This document shows positions 10,220 to 19,974 of a stretch of 42,746 nucleotides of DNA, piece after piece. Both the position numbers and the translations under genes were made by a program. Origin of the DNA: a virus (taxonomy: Duplodnaviria > Caudoviricetes); IMG/VR virus record IMGVR_UViG_3300033407_000044, positions 1 to 42,746 of that record, one strand, 5' to 3'. The notes below the pieces were generated by a model. That model worked only from the letters and a program-made list of their open reading frames with translations. It was not told the DNA's origin and ran no database searches. Position 1 is the first letter of the stretch; every line of letters starts with the position of its first letter.

Positions 10220-10549
10220 ATGTCTAATGAAGAAAAAGACGATCATAGAATTAGTCCAGAAAAATTAAAAAAGGTGCATGAAATTGTTGTGCCGTTGGCA
10301 TATCCAATTGATTGGGGCGACGAAACAATTAGCGAGCTACGCTTGCGAAGGCCCAAAGGTAAAGACCTTGAGCACATGTCGGCTGAGCCAACGATGAAAG
10401 AGCTAATGATGGTTGCGCAAAAATGTGCAAAGGTACCAAGGCGAGTTATTGAAGAGCTAGACTCCGAGGATGTAATGGAGTTAGTTGAGGCGGTTGCTGA
10501 TTTTTTGGAGAGTGGTCAGAGGACTGGCAGGAAGCGCTTGTACTCATAG
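10220..10549 (+). CDS. Tail assembly chaperone (gpE/TAC_7-like)
   Basis: L.YPI, LRRPKGKDL, IEELDSED..EL...V.DFL; between tube and tape measure. Confidence 0.9.
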   Translation: MSNEEKDDHRISPEKLKKVHEIVVPLAYPIDWGDETISELRLRRPKGKDLEHMSAEPTMKELMMVAQKCAKVPRRVIEELDSEDVMELVEAVADFLESGQRTGRKRLYS

Positions 10550-10656
10550 CATTTGTTTTCCGCTGGCCGCCTTCTGAATTATATAACTTAACAGCTCCGC
10601 AAATTCGTTTTTGGGAAAAGCGAGCGGAAAAGCTGCAAGATAAAATGATCATGTAA
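10501..10656 (+). CDS. -1 frameshift extension of tail chaperone (P2 E+E' type)
   Basis: Slippery TTTTTTG at 10501-10507. The -1 frame reads FFGEWSEDWQEALVLIAFVFRWPPSELYNLTAPQIRFWEKRAEKLQDKMIM* and carries the GpE' WPPSE motif. Not in the ORF track. Confidence 0.88.
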   Translation, partial: FFGEWSEDWQEALVLIAFVFRWPPSELYNLTAPQIRFWEKRAEKLQDKMIM

Positions 10657-10667
10657 CGGGAGGGCAC

Positions 10668-12461
10668 ATGGCAAAAACAAGAGACTTAGTTTTACGTTTT
10701 CGCGCTCTTGATCGTGTGTCAAAAACTCTCGATAAAGTTAGAAAACGTTTTCCGAAATTAGCAAGGGCAGCCCGGCGAGCAAGCCAAGCTTTTCAAATTT
10801 TCAGTGCTCGCACTAAAGTTTTCAGAGATGCAATGAATAAAGTTGGCCGAGGTATGCGAAACGTCGGCACGACAATGACAACGAGAGTTTCGGCTCCGAT
10901 CGGGCTCGCAGGGGCGGCCATACTCCGCACGGGTGTAATGTTTGAAAAATCAATAAATAAAGTTGCAGCGATAACCGACACAATCATTAAAGGAAAAATT
11001 ACGCCTGAATTTGAAGCGCTTGAAAAACAAGCATTGATGCTTGGCTCGTCAACTGAATTTTCTAGCACGCAAGCCGCCGATGCAATGGCTCTTTTAGGGC
11101 GAGCTGGTTTTAAAGTTAATGAAATTTTAGAGAGTACTGACGACGTGCTTGCGCTCGCAAGTGCTAGTGGTATGGACTTAGCTTTTTCTGCCGATGTAAT
11201 GGCGAAAACAATTAGAGCTTTCGGTTTATCTGCAAAAGACGCAACCCGAGTTTCTGACGTATTGTCTGACGTTTCAAGGCGAACCAATGTAGACTTAGAA
11301 ACAATTTCGGAAACGTTTAAGGATGCGGCCCCAATTGCGAAAGCATACGGTTTGAGTTTAGAGCAAACTGCGGCGATTACTGGTTTGCTAGGTGACGTTG
11401 GCATTCAAGGCTCGAAAGCAGGTACAACTTTGAAGTCGATAATGCTAAAACTTGCAGCGCCGTCAGATAAAGCCAGGAAATTTATGGAGGCTATGGGCAT
11501 TTCTGTTACTGACGCTAGCGGAAAAATGCGAAGCGCCGGGAAAATATTAACTGAAATAGGCCCGAAATTAGCAGGGCTAAACAAAGACAAACAGCTTTTA
11601 GTTATCAATGAGCTTTTTGGCTTACGAGGCATCGCGGGTGCGGCGGCGTTAATGGAGCGCGCCATTGCCGAGGGGAAAAACCCAATTGCTGAATTATCAA
11701 AAGCATTAGAGGGGTCAACTGGCGCAGCTAAAGAGATGCAAGCAACAATGTTGCGCGGGTCGGTCGGAGTGCTTGCTCGTTTCCAAAGTGCGCTTGAGGG
11801 AGTGGGTCTCGCATTTGCAAAGTCGGGCCTATTAGAGTCGTTTGCTAGCATCTTAGAGGACTTGGCTAAAATGCTCTCAAGTTTATCAAAATTAAACCCG
11901 CAAGTTTTAAAAACAATAACCATAATCGCCGGGCTTGTGGCTATTCTAGGGCCTGCGCTTGCAGCAATTGGTTTTATGGTACAGGGTATCGCGCAATTAA
12001 CAATTGTTTTTGCGGCATTAAAAGCTGCGACGGTTTTTGTCGCAGGCGTTTTAGGGGCAGTAACTTTGCCTATGTGGGGCATTGTCGCTGCGGTTGTGGC
12101 AGTTGTTGCAATTGTTGGGCGCTTAATTCAAAAATGGAGCTCGTTAGTTTCAGCTTGGAAAAAAGGCAAAGGCGTGCTCGATAGTATATCGCGCGCGGGT
12201 AAAGTATTTTTTGGTTTTGGTGATGAGCAGTCTGACGGCAAGAAAAAAGGCGTTAAAACAAAGTCAATGTTTGGCCCTGCAACAGGAGCCGCAGCGAAAC
12301 AGCAAAATATGCCTGGACGAGTTGACGTCAACAGTAATCAAAATTTTAATGGGCAGCTTGATATTAATTTTAAAAATGCGCCTAAGGGCACTAATGCAAA
12401 AGCCCGCACTGAGGGGCCGCTAACTTTGAGTCTCGGCTCGATTAATGGAGTTACGTCGTAA
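10668..12461 (+). CDS. Tail tape measure protein (TP901 core)
   Basis: TEFS..QAA.AM..L.RAG, GIQGSKAGT.L, Ala-rich helices, hydrophobic C-terminal segments. Confidence 0.95.
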   Translation: MAKTRDLVLRFRALDRVSKTLDKVRKRFPKLARAARRASQAFQIFSARTKVFRDAMNKVGRGMRNVGTTMTTRVSAPIGLAGAAILRTGVMFEKSINKVAAITDTIIKGKITPEFEALEKQALMLGSSTEFSSTQAADAMALLGRAGFKVNEILESTDDVLALASASGMDLAFSADVMAKTIRAFGLSAKDATRVSDVLSDVSRRTNVDLETISETFKDAAPIAKAYGLSLEQTAAITGLLGDVGIQGSKAGTTLKSIMLKLAAPSDKARKFMEAMGISVTDASGKMRSAGKILTEIGPKLAGLNKDKQLLVINELFGLRGIAGAAALMERAIAEGKNPIAELSKALEGSTGAAKEMQATMLRGSVGVLARFQSALEGVGLAFAKSGLLESFASILEDLAKMLSSLSKLNPQVLKTITIIAGLVAILGPALAAIGFMVQGIAQLTIVFAALKAATVFVAGVLGAVTLPMWGIVAAVVAVVAIVGRLIQKWSSLVSAWKKGKGVLDSISRAGKVFFGFGDEQSDGKKKGVKTKSMFGPATGAAAKQQNMPGRVDVNSNQNFNGQLDINFKNAPKGTNAKARTEGPLTLSLGSINGVTS

Positions 12462-13648
12462 TGGCTTGGCTAGATAATTTCAGGCAGGGCAGTTTTAGAG
12501 GAGTGCCTTTTAAAACTGATAGTTCGCAAGTCGTTGGCGGGCGTCGTAAACAGGATAGAGAATTTGCGAATCGTGATGAGGGCAACTCCGAGGACTTAGG
12601 CAAAAAATTAAAAACTTTTTCTCTTGAGCTTTTAGTTATTGGCGATGATTATTTTACTCAGCGTGATGCGCTTGAGGAGGCTTTAGATACTGAGGGGCCT
12701 GGCGAATTAGTGCATCCTTACCGAGGCACTTTGCAAGTGCAAGCGGGTAGCTACACCTTAGTTGAAACTGTTCAAGAGGGCAGGCTTGCAAGATTTACTG
12801 TTGAGTTTACTTTAGCAGGAAAATTAAAATATCCCGAGCAAGTAACCGACGACGTTGAGAATGCTAAAGATAACGCAGGTAAAGTTATTGATGATTCAAA
12901 AACTTTTTTCGAAACAGTTTTCGATATAGCTAATCAACCGGCTTTTGTATTGGATAGCGCAGCCGATAAGATAGGCGCGGTTACTGATTTTGCCGAGAGC
13001 GCTGTTGCGAAAGTAACAGCGCCGGTTACAAATTTTGCATTTGCTATGCGAAATATTAAAACCTCGGTTGCTGATTTAATCAAAGCCCCTGGCGAATTAT
13101 TCCAACGCCTGCGAGATGCTTTTCAACTTTTACTTGATGAGTTTAGCGACGACCCGGAAACTAGTAATACTATTTTTGGCAACTTAAGAGGTGTTGGCAA
13201 TGAGCCCGCTTTTGGCCCTGTTTCGGGCAACACGCCGTCAAGGCAGCAAGAGCAAATAAATCAAGATGCTGTTTTAAATGCTGTCCGTGAAATTGTTTTA
13301 GGAATGCAAGCGCAAGCGGCGCTCGATATTCCATACACCTCGGTAAACGATGCATTAAATAATAGGCGTGATATTGTTGAGGGGCTCGACGAGCAATTGT
13401 TTTTAACTGACGACGATGAGCTTTTCCAATCAATAAGAGATTTACAAGCGTCGCTTACGCGCGCGCTACCTGCTCCCGATCAAGCTGAATTGATTAGCTA
13501 CGTACCGAGGCGAACTATACCGGTAATTGTAATCGCGCATACTCTTTTTGGGGACCTAGAAAAAGAGCAAGAGATTATCGACCAAAATGATATTGAGCAC
13601 CCTGGTTTTGCCCCTGGCGGGCAAACGTTGCAGGTGGGCGCAAGCTAA
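12461..13648 (+). CDS. DNA circularisation / tail protein (Mu gpN-like)
   Basis: SFRGVPF, EDLG, GPGELVHPY.G, I.HPGF.P. Confidence 0.93.
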   Translation: MAWLDNFRQGSFRGVPFKTDSSQVVGGRRKQDREFANRDEGNSEDLGKKLKTFSLELLVIGDDYFTQRDALEEALDTEGPGELVHPYRGTLQVQAGSYTLVETVQEGRLARFTVEFTLAGKLKYPEQVTDDVENAKDNAGKVIDDSKTFFETVFDIANQPAFVLDSAADKIGAVTDFAESAVAKVTAPVTNFAFAMRNIKTSVADLIKAPGELFQRLRDAFQLLLDEFSDDPETSNTIFGNLRGVGNEPAFGPVSGNTPSRQQEQINQDAVLNAVREIVLGMQAQAALDIPYTSVNDALNNRRDIVEGLDEQLFLTDDDELFQSIRDLQASLTRALPAPDQAELISYVPRRTIPVIVIAHTLFGDLEKEQEIIDQNDIEHPGFAPGGQTLQVGAS

Positions 13649-14757
13649 TGGCTAACGAACGGGTACCCTTGCAAAAAGGCAAGGTTGTTGATAATGCCGT
13701 GAGTGTTTTTGTTGGCGGCAAGGCTTTCAATGGCTGGGAGCAAGTAACAATTACGAAAAGCATTGAGTCGATTGCATATAGTTTTAAAATTGATTTATTT
13801 GATAAGTTTACAGGGCTAAGTCAAGATTGGCCTTTGCGCCCTGGACTTGAGGCAAAAGTTAGAATTGGAAAAGAAACAGTTATTACGGGGCGAATTGAGA
13901 GCCTTGACGTTAGCTATAGCGACGAGGAGCGTGGGAGCTATTCAGTTTCAGGGCGATCAAAAGCGGGCGACTTAGTTGATTGTATGTGGACAGGCGATAA
14001 TGAATACCAAAACATTTCACTAACTAAATTTGCCAAAACTTTAACAGCTCCCTTTGGTATTCAAGTTTTTGAGTCAGTAGTTCCAAGCAATATTGATAAA
14101 GTTTCAGTAAAGCCGGGCGAGACTATTTTTGAAGTTTTAAACCGGCAAGCTAGATTGCAGGGTTTGTTATTCATATCAACTCGCGAGGGCAACATTCGCC
14201 TCACCCGCGCAGCGCGCGCACGCGCGAGCTCAAGTCTTGAGCAAGGCGTAAATATTTTAGATGCATCGGCAACTTACGATAATAGTGAAAGGCACAACCG
14301 TTATATCGTAAAAGGGCAAAGCAAAGGCACTGACGAATTTTTCGGGGCAAACGTATCTGAGCCTGAGGGAGAGGCAACTGACAACGGAATAACTAGGCAT
14401 AGACCTTTAGTCATAATTGCTGACGGCAACGTTGACGATAAGATTGCGAAAACTCGCGCACAATGGGAGGCGAGCTCTCGCTTGGCAAGAGCAATTCGAG
14501 TGAACGTAGCAGTCCAGGGTTGGGCTCAAGCTAGCGGCGATTTATGGGACATTAATCAAATAATTGCTTTCAAGTCGTCTTTTTTAGGAGTTAATAGAAA
14601 ATTTTTAATTAGCGAGGTTACACACTCTTTAGGAAAAGACGAGGGAAAAACAACTTCGTTAGTTTTAGTTGACCCGCAATCATACGACCCTCAGCCCGTT
14701 GTCAATAAAGACCCTGCGGAGGACGACATTATTTCGCAGTTAAAGGCGACACGATGA
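13648..14757 (+). CDS. Baseplate hub protein (Mu gp44/gpP-like)
   Basis: GW..V.I..SIE, GRSKAGDLVDC, PGET.FE.L, RHRPLVI, W.IN. Confidence 0.93.
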   Translation: MANERVPLQKGKVVDNAVSVFVGGKAFNGWEQVTITKSIESIAYSFKIDLFDKFTGLSQDWPLRPGLEAKVRIGKETVITGRIESLDVSYSDEERGSYSVSGRSKAGDLVDCMWTGDNEYQNISLTKFAKTLTAPFGIQVFESVVPSNIDKVSVKPGETIFEVLNRQARLQGLLFISTREGNIRLTRAARARASSSLEQGVNILDASATYDNSERHNRYIVKGQSKGTDEFFGANVSEPEGEATDNGITRHRPLVIIADGNVDDKIAKTRAQWEASSRLARAIRVNVAVQGWAQASGDLWDINQIIAFKSSFLGVNRKFLISEVTHSLGKDEGKTTSLVLVDPQSYDPQPVVNKDPAEDDIISQLKATR

Positions 14758-15374
14758 ATGCTGACAAATTAAGAAAATTTATAGTCCAGGTTGTGAGTCC
14801 TTTTAAAATTTTAATAAATACAATGGTAACTCGCGCGGTTATTGCCGCAGTTAATGACTCTAAAAAAATGCAAGTTGTAAAAGTAAAAATGCTTGCAGGC
14901 GAAACTCGCGCTGACGTTGAACGTTTTCAAAATTTTGGTTTTTCTAGCAATCCTCCTGTTGGCTCCGAATGCATAGCTTTAGCAATTGGCGCTAACCGCG
15001 ACCACTTAGTTATTATAAATACGGATGATAGAAACACTCGGCAAAAAGAGATTGACGCTGGCGATGCTATTGTATACGACGCCGGCGGCAACAAATTACA
15101 TTTTAAAAACGGAGGCAATGTTGAGATCACTGCTTTGACAGGTTTAGTTAAAACTATAACAGGCGACGAAACAATTACGGCTGAAAATATAAAAGCCACG
15201 CTTGCGGAAAATTTTGAATTAGAATTGTCGAAAGTAAAAATCGAAAATGACACGGCAGAGTTAATTGACGAGCTTCAAAAAGCATTTGCAGCTTTGTCCG
15301 TTGAGCCCATGCTAGTAAACAAGGCACTTTATGCCGATGCGGCAACAAAAATTTTAAGTTTTAAGGTAACATAA
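14754..15374 (+). CDS. Baseplate spike (Mu gp45/gpV-like)
   Basis: VERFQNFGFSS.PP.G, G.NR.H.V, D.R.R. Confidence 0.92.
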   Translation: MNADKLRKFIVQVVSPFKILINTMVTRAVIAAVNDSKKMQVVKVKMLAGETRADVERFQNFGFSSNPPVGSECIALAIGANRDHLVIINTDDRNTRQKEIDAGDAIVYDAGGNKLHFKNGGNVEITALTGLVKTITGDETITAENIKATLAENFELELSKVKIENDTAELIDELQKAFAALSVEPMLVNKALYADAATKILSFKVT

Positions 15375-15378
15375 AAAT

Positions 15379-15615
15379 ATGGCAATGAACGCGGCACGAT
15401 TAGGGAATGCAAGAGCGGCGGCGCTAATTGCGCTTTTACCGGCTGAATTTGCGCCCAGCGTTTCGGATGAAATGGAGTTTCGAACGGCAATTATTGCCGA
15501 CTCGCAAGAGATAATCGACGAAATTGTTGGTTTTGCTGAGGTAACCACGACAGTTACTGGTACTTTGCCAACTGGCCCCGAAGCGGCTAGCGGGTCGGGG
15601 AGTGTTACATCATGA
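15379..15615 (+). CDS. Hypothetical protein, possible spike-associated
   Basis: Tightly packed between spike and gp46; Gly/Thr-rich C-terminus. Confidence 0.6.
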   Translation: MAMNAARLGNARAAALIALLPAEFAPSVSDEMEFRTAIIADSQEIIDEIVGFAEVTTTVTGTLPTGPEAASGSGSVTS

Positions 15616-16091
15616 GTGGCCAAGACGTGGGCTTTTTTTGGGCTAACACTGCGAGCCCCTGTCCTGACTTAGTAATTGAGAATGGTGATTTAAAAGCTGA
15701 CGAGGGCTTAGAAACTGCTGTTTTAATATCGCTGTTTTCTGATAAACGAGTGACTTTAGAGCAGTTACCTCGCGGCTTGACTGATCGCCGGGGCTGGTGG
15801 GCTGATTTAATTTCAGAGCCTCAAGACGATGAGATTGGCTCGCAGCTTTGGAGGCTTGAGCCTGGTAAAATTTTGGCCTCGACACCTAACGAGGTTGAGA
15901 GCATCATTAAAGACGCGCTAGACTGGCTCATTGAGGACGGTGTTGCTGCGGAGATTACCGTTGCTGCAGTAAGAGCAGGGCTCACGCAAGTCGAGGCTGA
16001 GGTTGTAATTAGTCGCCCAAGTGGTGACGACATTCCTTTTCGATTTTTGTGGGACGGGCAGCGGCTTAAAATACTTGAGAGTGAGGTTTAA
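15612..16091 (+). CDS. Baseplate protein (Mu gp46-like)
   Basis: LETAVLISLFSD.R, RRGWWAD, IGS.LW.L, AL.WLIEDG.A. Confidence 0.94.
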   Translation: MSGQDVGFFWANTASPCPDLVIENGDLKADEGLETAVLISLFSDKRVTLEQLPRGLTDRRGWWADLISEPQDDEIGSQLWRLEPGKILASTPNEVESIIKDALDWLIEDGVAAEITVAAVRAGLTQVEAEVVISRPSGDDIPFRFLWDGQRLKILESEV

Positions 16092-16093
16092 AA

Positions 16094-17218
16094 ATGGCAT
16101 TTACGCGACCTAGTTTAACAACAATTATTGACCGAATTAAAGGAGACTTTAAAAGCGGGTTAGGTTTATCGACAATTTTACGCCGATCTTTTTTAGACGT
16201 TTTTGCTAAAGCTTTTGGCGGTGCAAGCCACACAATGCACGGGCATGTTGACTATGCAATATTAAAAAAGTTTTTTCCTGATACTGGCGACATTGAAACA
16301 GTTACTAAGTGGGGCACAATTTTTAGTACTCCTCGAAATGAGGCGCAAAGGGCTGAGCTAACTATCGAGGTAACTGGTACAACCGGGGGCAGTCTTACCG
16401 CAGGCACAATTTTTACTCGATCGGACGGCGTAACTTATTCAGTTAAAACAACCGTTGCAGTGCCCGCCGCAGATACGGCGAGCGCGACTATTGTCGAAAA
16501 CGAGGACGAAACAGTCGGAGCCGATGGCAACTTAGATAATGGCAGCACTGTTACTTTGCAGAGTCCGGTTGCCGGCATTGATTCCGACGCTACGGTTACC
16601 GCAACCGAGATTGAGGGCGAGGATATTGAGGACGCTGAGGACTATCGCACGCGAGTTTTAGAACGTTTAGGTTTTCCACCTGCCGGCGGCACGGTTGCTG
16701 ACTATATTGCTTTCGCCAAAAAAATTACAGGCGTTACTCGTGTATGGGTTTTGCCTAATCACCTAGGCGAGGGCACTGTTGGCGTTGCTTTTGTTGAGGA
16801 CGGCAATGCGCCCGCATCGATAATACCTAGCGAGGCGAAAGTTGCTGAGGTACAAGAGCAGTTATTGGAGGACGAGCCACAAGGTACTGGGGGTTCAACA
16901 GCTTTCGCGCCAAGTGAAACAGTTTTAACTCCTGAAATACGATTAAAACCTTTCAACGACGACGTAAAAGCGGCAGTTATCGAGGAGCTTGAGGACTTGC
17001 TTTCTCGTGAGGCGCAAGTACGAGGAGCTGTTGACCCTGATCAAGTAGGCCAGGGTGTAACTTTCGATGGCAGAATTAAACTTTCGCAAATTAATGAGGC
17101 AATCTCGCTGGCTGCCGGCGAAACTGATCACATTTTAGTGTCGCCTACGGCTGACGTAAAGCCTGCGGTTGGCGGCTTAGTAACTTTAGGTACTCCAATA
17201 TTTACGCCTTTATTGTAA
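16094..17218 (+). CDS. Baseplate wedge J/gp47
   Basis: F.RPSL, G.DIE..EDYR.R.L.R, GG...DY..A, GVTRVWV, G.GTV.V. Confidence 0.95.
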   Translation: MAFTRPSLTTIIDRIKGDFKSGLGLSTILRRSFLDVFAKAFGGASHTMHGHVDYAILKKFFPDTGDIETVTKWGTIFSTPRNEAQRAELTIEVTGTTGGSLTAGTIFTRSDGVTYSVKTTVAVPAADTASATIVENEDETVGADGNLDNGSTVTLQSPVAGIDSDATVTATEIEGEDIEDAEDYRTRVLERLGFPPAGGTVADYIAFAKKITGVTRVWVLPNHLGEGTVGVAFVEDGNAPASIIPSEAKVAEVQEQLLEDEPQGTGGSTAFAPSETVLTPEIRLKPFNDDVKAAVIEELEDLLSREAQVRGAVDPDQVGQGVTFDGRIKLSQINEAISLAAGETDHILVSPTADVKPAVGGLVTLGTPIFTPLL

Positions 17219-17233
17219 AGGGATGAGGTAAAA

Positions 17234-17875
17234 ATGGCGGGCTCGAAAATAGCTCAGTATGTAAATTTGTTAATAAATCTTTTGCCAAGAGGCAAGCTAT
17301 GGCAGCCTCGCGAGCAACCTGTTTTAACAAGTCTATTGACTGCTACGGCGCAGGAAATTTGCCGCGTTGGCGATCGAGTCGACCAGTTATTGATTGAAGT
17401 CGACCCTCGAATTACTGACGAGGCTCTCGATCAATGGGAGGCGGCGTGGGAGCTGCCTGACGAGTGTACTCCTGAGGGCCAAAGTGCCGACGAACGTCGC
17501 ACTGATTTACTGCGGAAAATTACAAATCTTGGCGGGTTGAGTAAAAGCTATTATGAGGAGCAAATTGAGCAACTTGGGTACACTGCAACAGTTTTTAATT
17601 GGGTTAATTTTGTTGCCGGGCGCGCCCGCGCAGGCGACCCACTAACAAACTATTTTAATCGGCATTTTATTGCGGGCTCAACAGCCGGCACGCCGTTAAC
17701 TGAAATAGGTTGGCGTTACTATTTTAATGTTGACTTACCTGCCACTGCGGTGACTCATTTTGTTGCAGGTAGCTTAGCCGGTGAGGCTTTACAAACTTTT
17801 TCTAACCCGCGCGTTGAGTGCGTAATTAGAAAATTGAAACCTGCGCATGCGGGTGTTACATTTACATTTAATTAA
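17234..17875 (+). CDS. Baseplate wedge gp48 / YmfQ (DUF2313)
   Basis: LLPRG..W, L..WE....LPD.C, EC.I..LKPAH. Confidence 0.93.
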   Translation: MAGSKIAQYVNLLINLLPRGKLWQPREQPVLTSLLTATAQEICRVGDRVDQLLIEVDPRITDEALDQWEAAWELPDECTPEGQSADERRTDLLRKITNLGGLSKSYYEEQIEQLGYTATVFNWVNFVAGRARAGDPLTNYFNRHFIAGSTAGTPLTEIGWRYYFNVDLPATAVTHFVAGSLAGEALQTFSNPRVECVIRKLKPAHAGVTFTFN

Positions 17876-17888
17876 TAAGGAGTGAACT

Positions 17889-18443
17889 ATGCATAAAATC
17901 GACGCGCCAGGGGCAACAGTTGATAATCTTTTTACCGAGGGAAACCCGTCGCTAGGGATACCCGCAACCGAAGTAAGCGACGACTGGCTAAATGACGTAC
18001 AAGGCGAAATAGTAAACGTTATTGAGGGGCAAAGTATTGCTCTTGTAAAAGGCGACGACACTCAGCTAAATACTGCAATTTTAAATATGATTGGCGCAGG
18101 AGGCACTGGCTTTAAATTAGACCCTCTCGCCAATAATACTGCTAGCCAGGATATTACTGGGCTCATTTTTGATAAAACTTTATTTACTGGCGCAGTACTT
18201 TTTTATGAAGTACACCGGCGCACTGATAGCTCAAACGAGCAGGAAAGTGGTTTGGCACTTTGTAAGTACGACCCTGAAGATGACGTTTGGCGAATTACAA
18301 AATTAGTTTCTGGCTTTGATGACGCTGGAGTTACTTTTGACATACAATCGACGGGCCAAGTGAGAGCTAGTACCGACGACTTAGCAGGGTCTAGTTATGA
18401 CGGGCAAATTCGTTTTACTAGTGTTGTCCGTTTTGCGATTTAA
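17889..18443 (+). CDS. Short tail fibre anchor/adaptor protein
   Basis: MHKID..., FTEGNP..G.PAT.V..DWLN.VQ.EI..VIE, QL..AI is the N-terminal baseplate-anchor motif of Mu-like fibres; only 184 aa long. Confidence 0.8.
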   Translation: MHKIDAPGATVDNLFTEGNPSLGIPATEVSDDWLNDVQGEIVNVIEGQSIALVKGDDTQLNTAILNMIGAGGTGFKLDPLANNTASQDITGLIFDKTLFTGAVLFYEVHRRTDSSNEQESGLALCKYDPEDDVWRITKLVSGFDDAGVTFDIQSTGQVRASTDDLAGSSYDGQIRFTSVVRFAI

Positions 18444-18461
18444 TAAAAGGAGATTGAACTA

Positions 18462-19475
18462 ATGAAAAACTTTTTTCAAAAATATGGAATAACAACAGCA
18501 ATACTTTTGCTTTTTAGCTTAATTGCTTACGGGGCAATTATCGGCGAAAACTCGCTTCGACTTGGCGATTTAACTGGCTCTGACGTTGAGATTCAAATGG
18601 GCGACGGCCGCTTAAAATGGGATACCGGCACTAGTAAAATGCAATTTTCGGAGGATGGAGGCAGCGGGTACAGCGATATCGGCGCAGCAGGCTCGGCAAC
18701 TCCTGCGCTTGACGTAGCAAGTGTCAGCCTTTTAGATAACGCACTTTTCGAAAGTGACGTTGCAAGTTGGACTGCTTCGGCGGGCACCTTGGCCCAAGAA
18801 ACGGCGGGCGCGCAAGTCGGTATTGGCGCGGGCTCAATGTCTTGGACACCGGCGGCGGGCGCGGATACATTAACAGCGGACTTGGTAGCGATACCTAATG
18901 CGCTTTTAAGTTATGTCGATTGTGATCTTGATTTTTATTATAAAGGAAAAGGGCACACAGTCGAAGTATGGGACGGCTCAAGTGCGGTTGCCTCGTTATC
19001 ATCTTTAGACGACGTTGCAGTTTGGACTCGGGCGCAAGTAACTTTTGATTGCCCCGCTAGTGGCTCTTTAAGCGTTCGAATTGTTGCCGCTGATAATTCG
19101 ATTGTTAGATATGACAATATGATGCTTGGGCTTTCGTCAGTTGGTAAAGACCAATTGAAAAAAGCGACAACTTATTTCGCCCGAGTTGGTAGCACGGCAG
19201 GCACTTGCGCAGGCGACGAGGAGGGGCCAATTGATTGGATTGATAACGTTTCAACCGGAGGCACTGGCAACTGCGTAATGAATTTTACTGCCGGTTTTTG
19301 GGAAAGTGTTAATGACTTTAATTGTACATGCACGGGAGCTGAATCGCAAACTTATTGCTTCTTGCAAAATAAAAGTACTTCTAGCATAAGAGTGCTTGCT
19401 TACGACAATACCTTTGGGTCAACTGTTGATCAGCTAGTCTATATCCAATGCGCACATTCAAGAGGAGATTATTAA
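18462..19475 (+). CDS. Signal-peptide-bearing fibre-like / carbohydrate-binding protein
   Basis: N-terminus MKNFFQKYGITTAILLLFSLIAYGA; LLDNALFE..W jelly-roll-like domain; Cys-rich beta C-terminal domain; 8 Cys. Confidence 0.6.
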   Translation: MKNFFQKYGITTAILLLFSLIAYGAIIGENSLRLGDLTGSDVEIQMGDGRLKWDTGTSKMQFSEDGGSGYSDIGAAGSATPALDVASVSLLDNALFESDVASWTASAGTLAQETAGAQVGIGAGSMSWTPAAGADTLTADLVAIPNALLSYVDCDLDFYYKGKGHTVEVWDGSSAVASLSSLDDVAVWTRAQVTFDCPASGSLSVRIVAADNSIVRYDNMMLGLSSVGKDQLKKATTYFARVGSTAGTCAGDEEGPIDWIDNVSTGGTGNCVMNFTAGFWESVNDFNCTCTGAESQTYCFLQNKSTSSIRVLAYDNTFGSTVDQLVYIQCAHSRGDY

Positions 19476-19476
19476 A

Positions 19477-19935
19477 ATGAGAAAACTTATATTACTTACA
19501 TTTGTTTTACTGTTTGATATATATAGCTGCCAAAAGGCTTTGGGAGCTATGCGATCAGTATGGGCAACAAAAGCGAATATCGAGGCATCCCAAGCAGAAA
19601 CCGAAAACTTAAAAGGCTATAAAAATAAGGCATATTGCGAGCATAGAACTAAGGCAATTTGCTATGAAGTTGACGGCGAAAAAATGAAAACACACGTTTT
19701 TTCAGGAATACTTTTTATCGAAAATTCAGTGAAAAAAGCGGATTATGACCAATCCGTGGCCGATAAAGTTGCCGAAAAAACTGCGCGAGAAGTCAAGTTG
19801 GCGGCCAGAAAAGATGCCTTAAAAAATTGTGCTTCGGTTTTGCGAGACTCGCCAACTAACGAAGAAATTAAAACGTGTGTCAGGCTAGTACTTGTGCACG
19901 TGATATCGAGACAATTAACAGCCGACGAGATGTAA
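19477..19935 (+). CDS. Exported hypothetical protein, possible fibre chaperone
   Basis: MRKLILLTFVLLF signal-like start; two Cys pairs in the mature part; coiled C-terminus. Confidence 0.6.
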   Translation: MRKLILLTFVLLFDIYSCQKALGAMRSVWATKANIEASQAETENLKGYKNKAYCEHRTKAICYEVDGEKMKTHVFSGILFIENSVKKADYDQSVADKVAEKTAREVKLAARKDALKNCASVLRDSPTNEEIKTCVRLVLVHVISRQLTADEM

Positions 19936-19974
19936 GGGCTTTCGCTCATGCTCAAATTTCTATATAATAAAGGC

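Noticed and set aside
10793-12331. Long antisense ORFs in the tape measure gene (and similar ones elsewhere)
   Set aside because: Shadow frames of strongly biased coding sequence.
17600-17790. Triple F.AG..AG..L repeat in gp48
   Set aside because: Such repeats are usual in DUF2313 proteins; low novelty.
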